Shown: positions 62,948-64,000 of the stretch, in pieces
How positions within the stretch are numbered: the first letter of the stretch is position 1
Layout: every line of letters begins with the position of its first letter
Source of the DNA: Nitrosopumilus sp.
GTDB taxonomy: Archaea; Thermoproteota; Nitrososphaeria; Nitrososphaerales; Nitrosopumilaceae
NCBI GenBank assembly: GCA_965207445.1
Contig: CBDBLX010000002.1
Coordinates: 2,167,849-2,231,848, forward strand
Direction: 5' to 3'
Length of the DNA: 64,000 bases
Made by a program: the position numbers and the translations under genes
The notes under the pieces: model-generated
What the model was told of the DNA's origin: nothing
The model's input: only the letters and a program-made list of their open reading frames with translations
The model's database searches: none

Positions 62948-64000
62948 TCAACTGTATAACGTGATTATAAGATTCACGATTCTGTTAATCTCTGCTATTG
63001 TAGCGTTTAGTGTGTCGTATGCCTTCTGGAGTACATCATACTTATCTTGTAGTCTATCATACTTATCTTGTAGTATGTTCAATGTTGTGTTATGCGCTGC
63101 TTGCAGCATGGTTCGTTGTTGTTTTAAAGCGTTGTCTACGTATGCTTGATCAAATGGTGTTGGGTCTTGTGTGTTTGTATTATTGGTTGGCGGTGTGGTT
63201 ACCGAGAAGTGACTTACAATACCAGATATTGCACCTGGTGAACTATAGTCAATCTCAAAGCTACGGTTTCTATCAGCGTCATCTCTTACCACTAGGTTGG
63301 ACCTTTGGTCTTCTGCCCAGTTGAGAAATACATCATTGTTAGAGCCATCCTCTACAAATCCGATTACAAAGTTATCTGCTGTAAATATTTCACTTGCAGC
63401 AGCATTGGTGATGTTGTCAGTTGGTACACAAGCACCATTACTGTCATCATTACTCACCAAGTAATCCATATTTGCATTACTCGCATCTTGTATTCCAAAG
63501 TCTTTTGTGACTTGGCAGTCAATCAAAGGATCACCGCCTTGTCCGTTACGAACTATGGATATCTGTTCACCAATTCCAGCAGAACCTGCATAGTCAACAA
63601 TTGTCAAATCTCTGATATTATCAGGTGTGCCGTCCTCATCAAACAAGTTGTAATAAGCAGCTCCGTTTTGAGTATCAAATGCCCACATATCCTCATCAGT
63701 AGGATCTATGTTTAGTGCATAGTCATTTATCGTGACAAGTACGTGTGCGCTTTGTGGATATCGCTCACTGTTTAGTGAGTGTGATTCTGATGGGTCATCT
63801 AATGTTAGTGTGACTGTCTGTTGACCACCTTTCTCATACACAATTCTGACATCGCTTTGTGAAGCAAAGTCAAAGACCTGTATGAATGGCCACAAGTTAT
63901 CATTTGCAAGTCCGAGCTGACCGATTGTATCCCCATTGGGGTTCCAATCAGTTAGAGTTCTAGTCTCCCTTATCAGAGGGTGACTAGTATCACCGGGAAG
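62948..64000 (-). CDS. S-layer (SlaA)-like fragment fused to the same coiled-coil tail; 5' end outside the window
   Basis: Frame open to 64000 (..IGQLGL..WPFIQ..GGQQTVTL..YP..V.VTI.D..LNIDPTDED.W.F), recalled from Nitrosopumilus-type S-layer proteins. Confidence 0.7.
   Translation of the reverse strand, partial: LPGDTSHPLIRETRTLTDWNPNGDTIGQLGLANDNLWPFIQVFDFASQSDVRIVYEKGGQQTVTLTLDDPSESHSLNSERYPQSAHVLVTINDYALNIDPTDEDMWAFDTQNGAAYYNLFDEDGTPDNIRDLTIVDYAGSAGIGEQISIVRNGQGGDPLIDCQVTKDFGIQDASNANMDYLVSNDDSNGACVPTDNITNAAASEIFTADNFVIGFVEDGSNNDVFLNWAEDQRSNLVVRDDADRNRSFEIDYSSPGAISGIVSHFSVTTPPTNNTNTQDPTPFDQAYVDNALKQQRTMLQAAHNTTLNILQDKYDRLQDKYDVLQKAYDTLNATIAEINRIVNLIITLYS

Noticed and set aside
61475..63166. 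DGR template/variable repeat pair
   Set aside because: Both copies are coding C-termini, differences do not look adenine-restricted and include a heptad indel, and no reverse transcriptase is in the window.

Overview
Low-GC chromosome segment of an ammonia-oxidising archaeon (Nitrosopumilaceae-like gene content and order, judged from recalled family motifs). The heavy IS load, pseudogenes and low-complexity expansions suggest a host-associated lineage (inference). The core backbone is: rps30e, a Grs-like B12 radical SAM enzyme, pyrK/pyrD, nop5-fibrillarin, a K+ channel, CorA, rnhB, trm1, rlmE, a TFE-beta/RPC34-like factor, an OLD-like ATPase, apt, mtnP and the aIF2beta-DUF424-RIO1-KH-top6B-top6A cluster. 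It is interrupted by piles of mobile DNA from IS66-, IS1595-, IS630-, IS5-like, ISH3- and IS6-like families and by at least three families of non-autonomous TIR elements. Three things stand out. (1) A 4.3-kb nested island with no intact transposase (4990-9287) is bounded by IS66-type TIRs and an 8-bp target duplication, and contains further TIR/TSD-bounded gene cassettes. (2) Two unrelated secreted proteins share a near-identical C-terminal coiled-coil module. (3) A membrane gene paired with a convergent micro-ORF occurs three times. No CRISPR array, rRNA or convincing tRNA was seen. All family assignments are from motif recognition by eye, not database searches.
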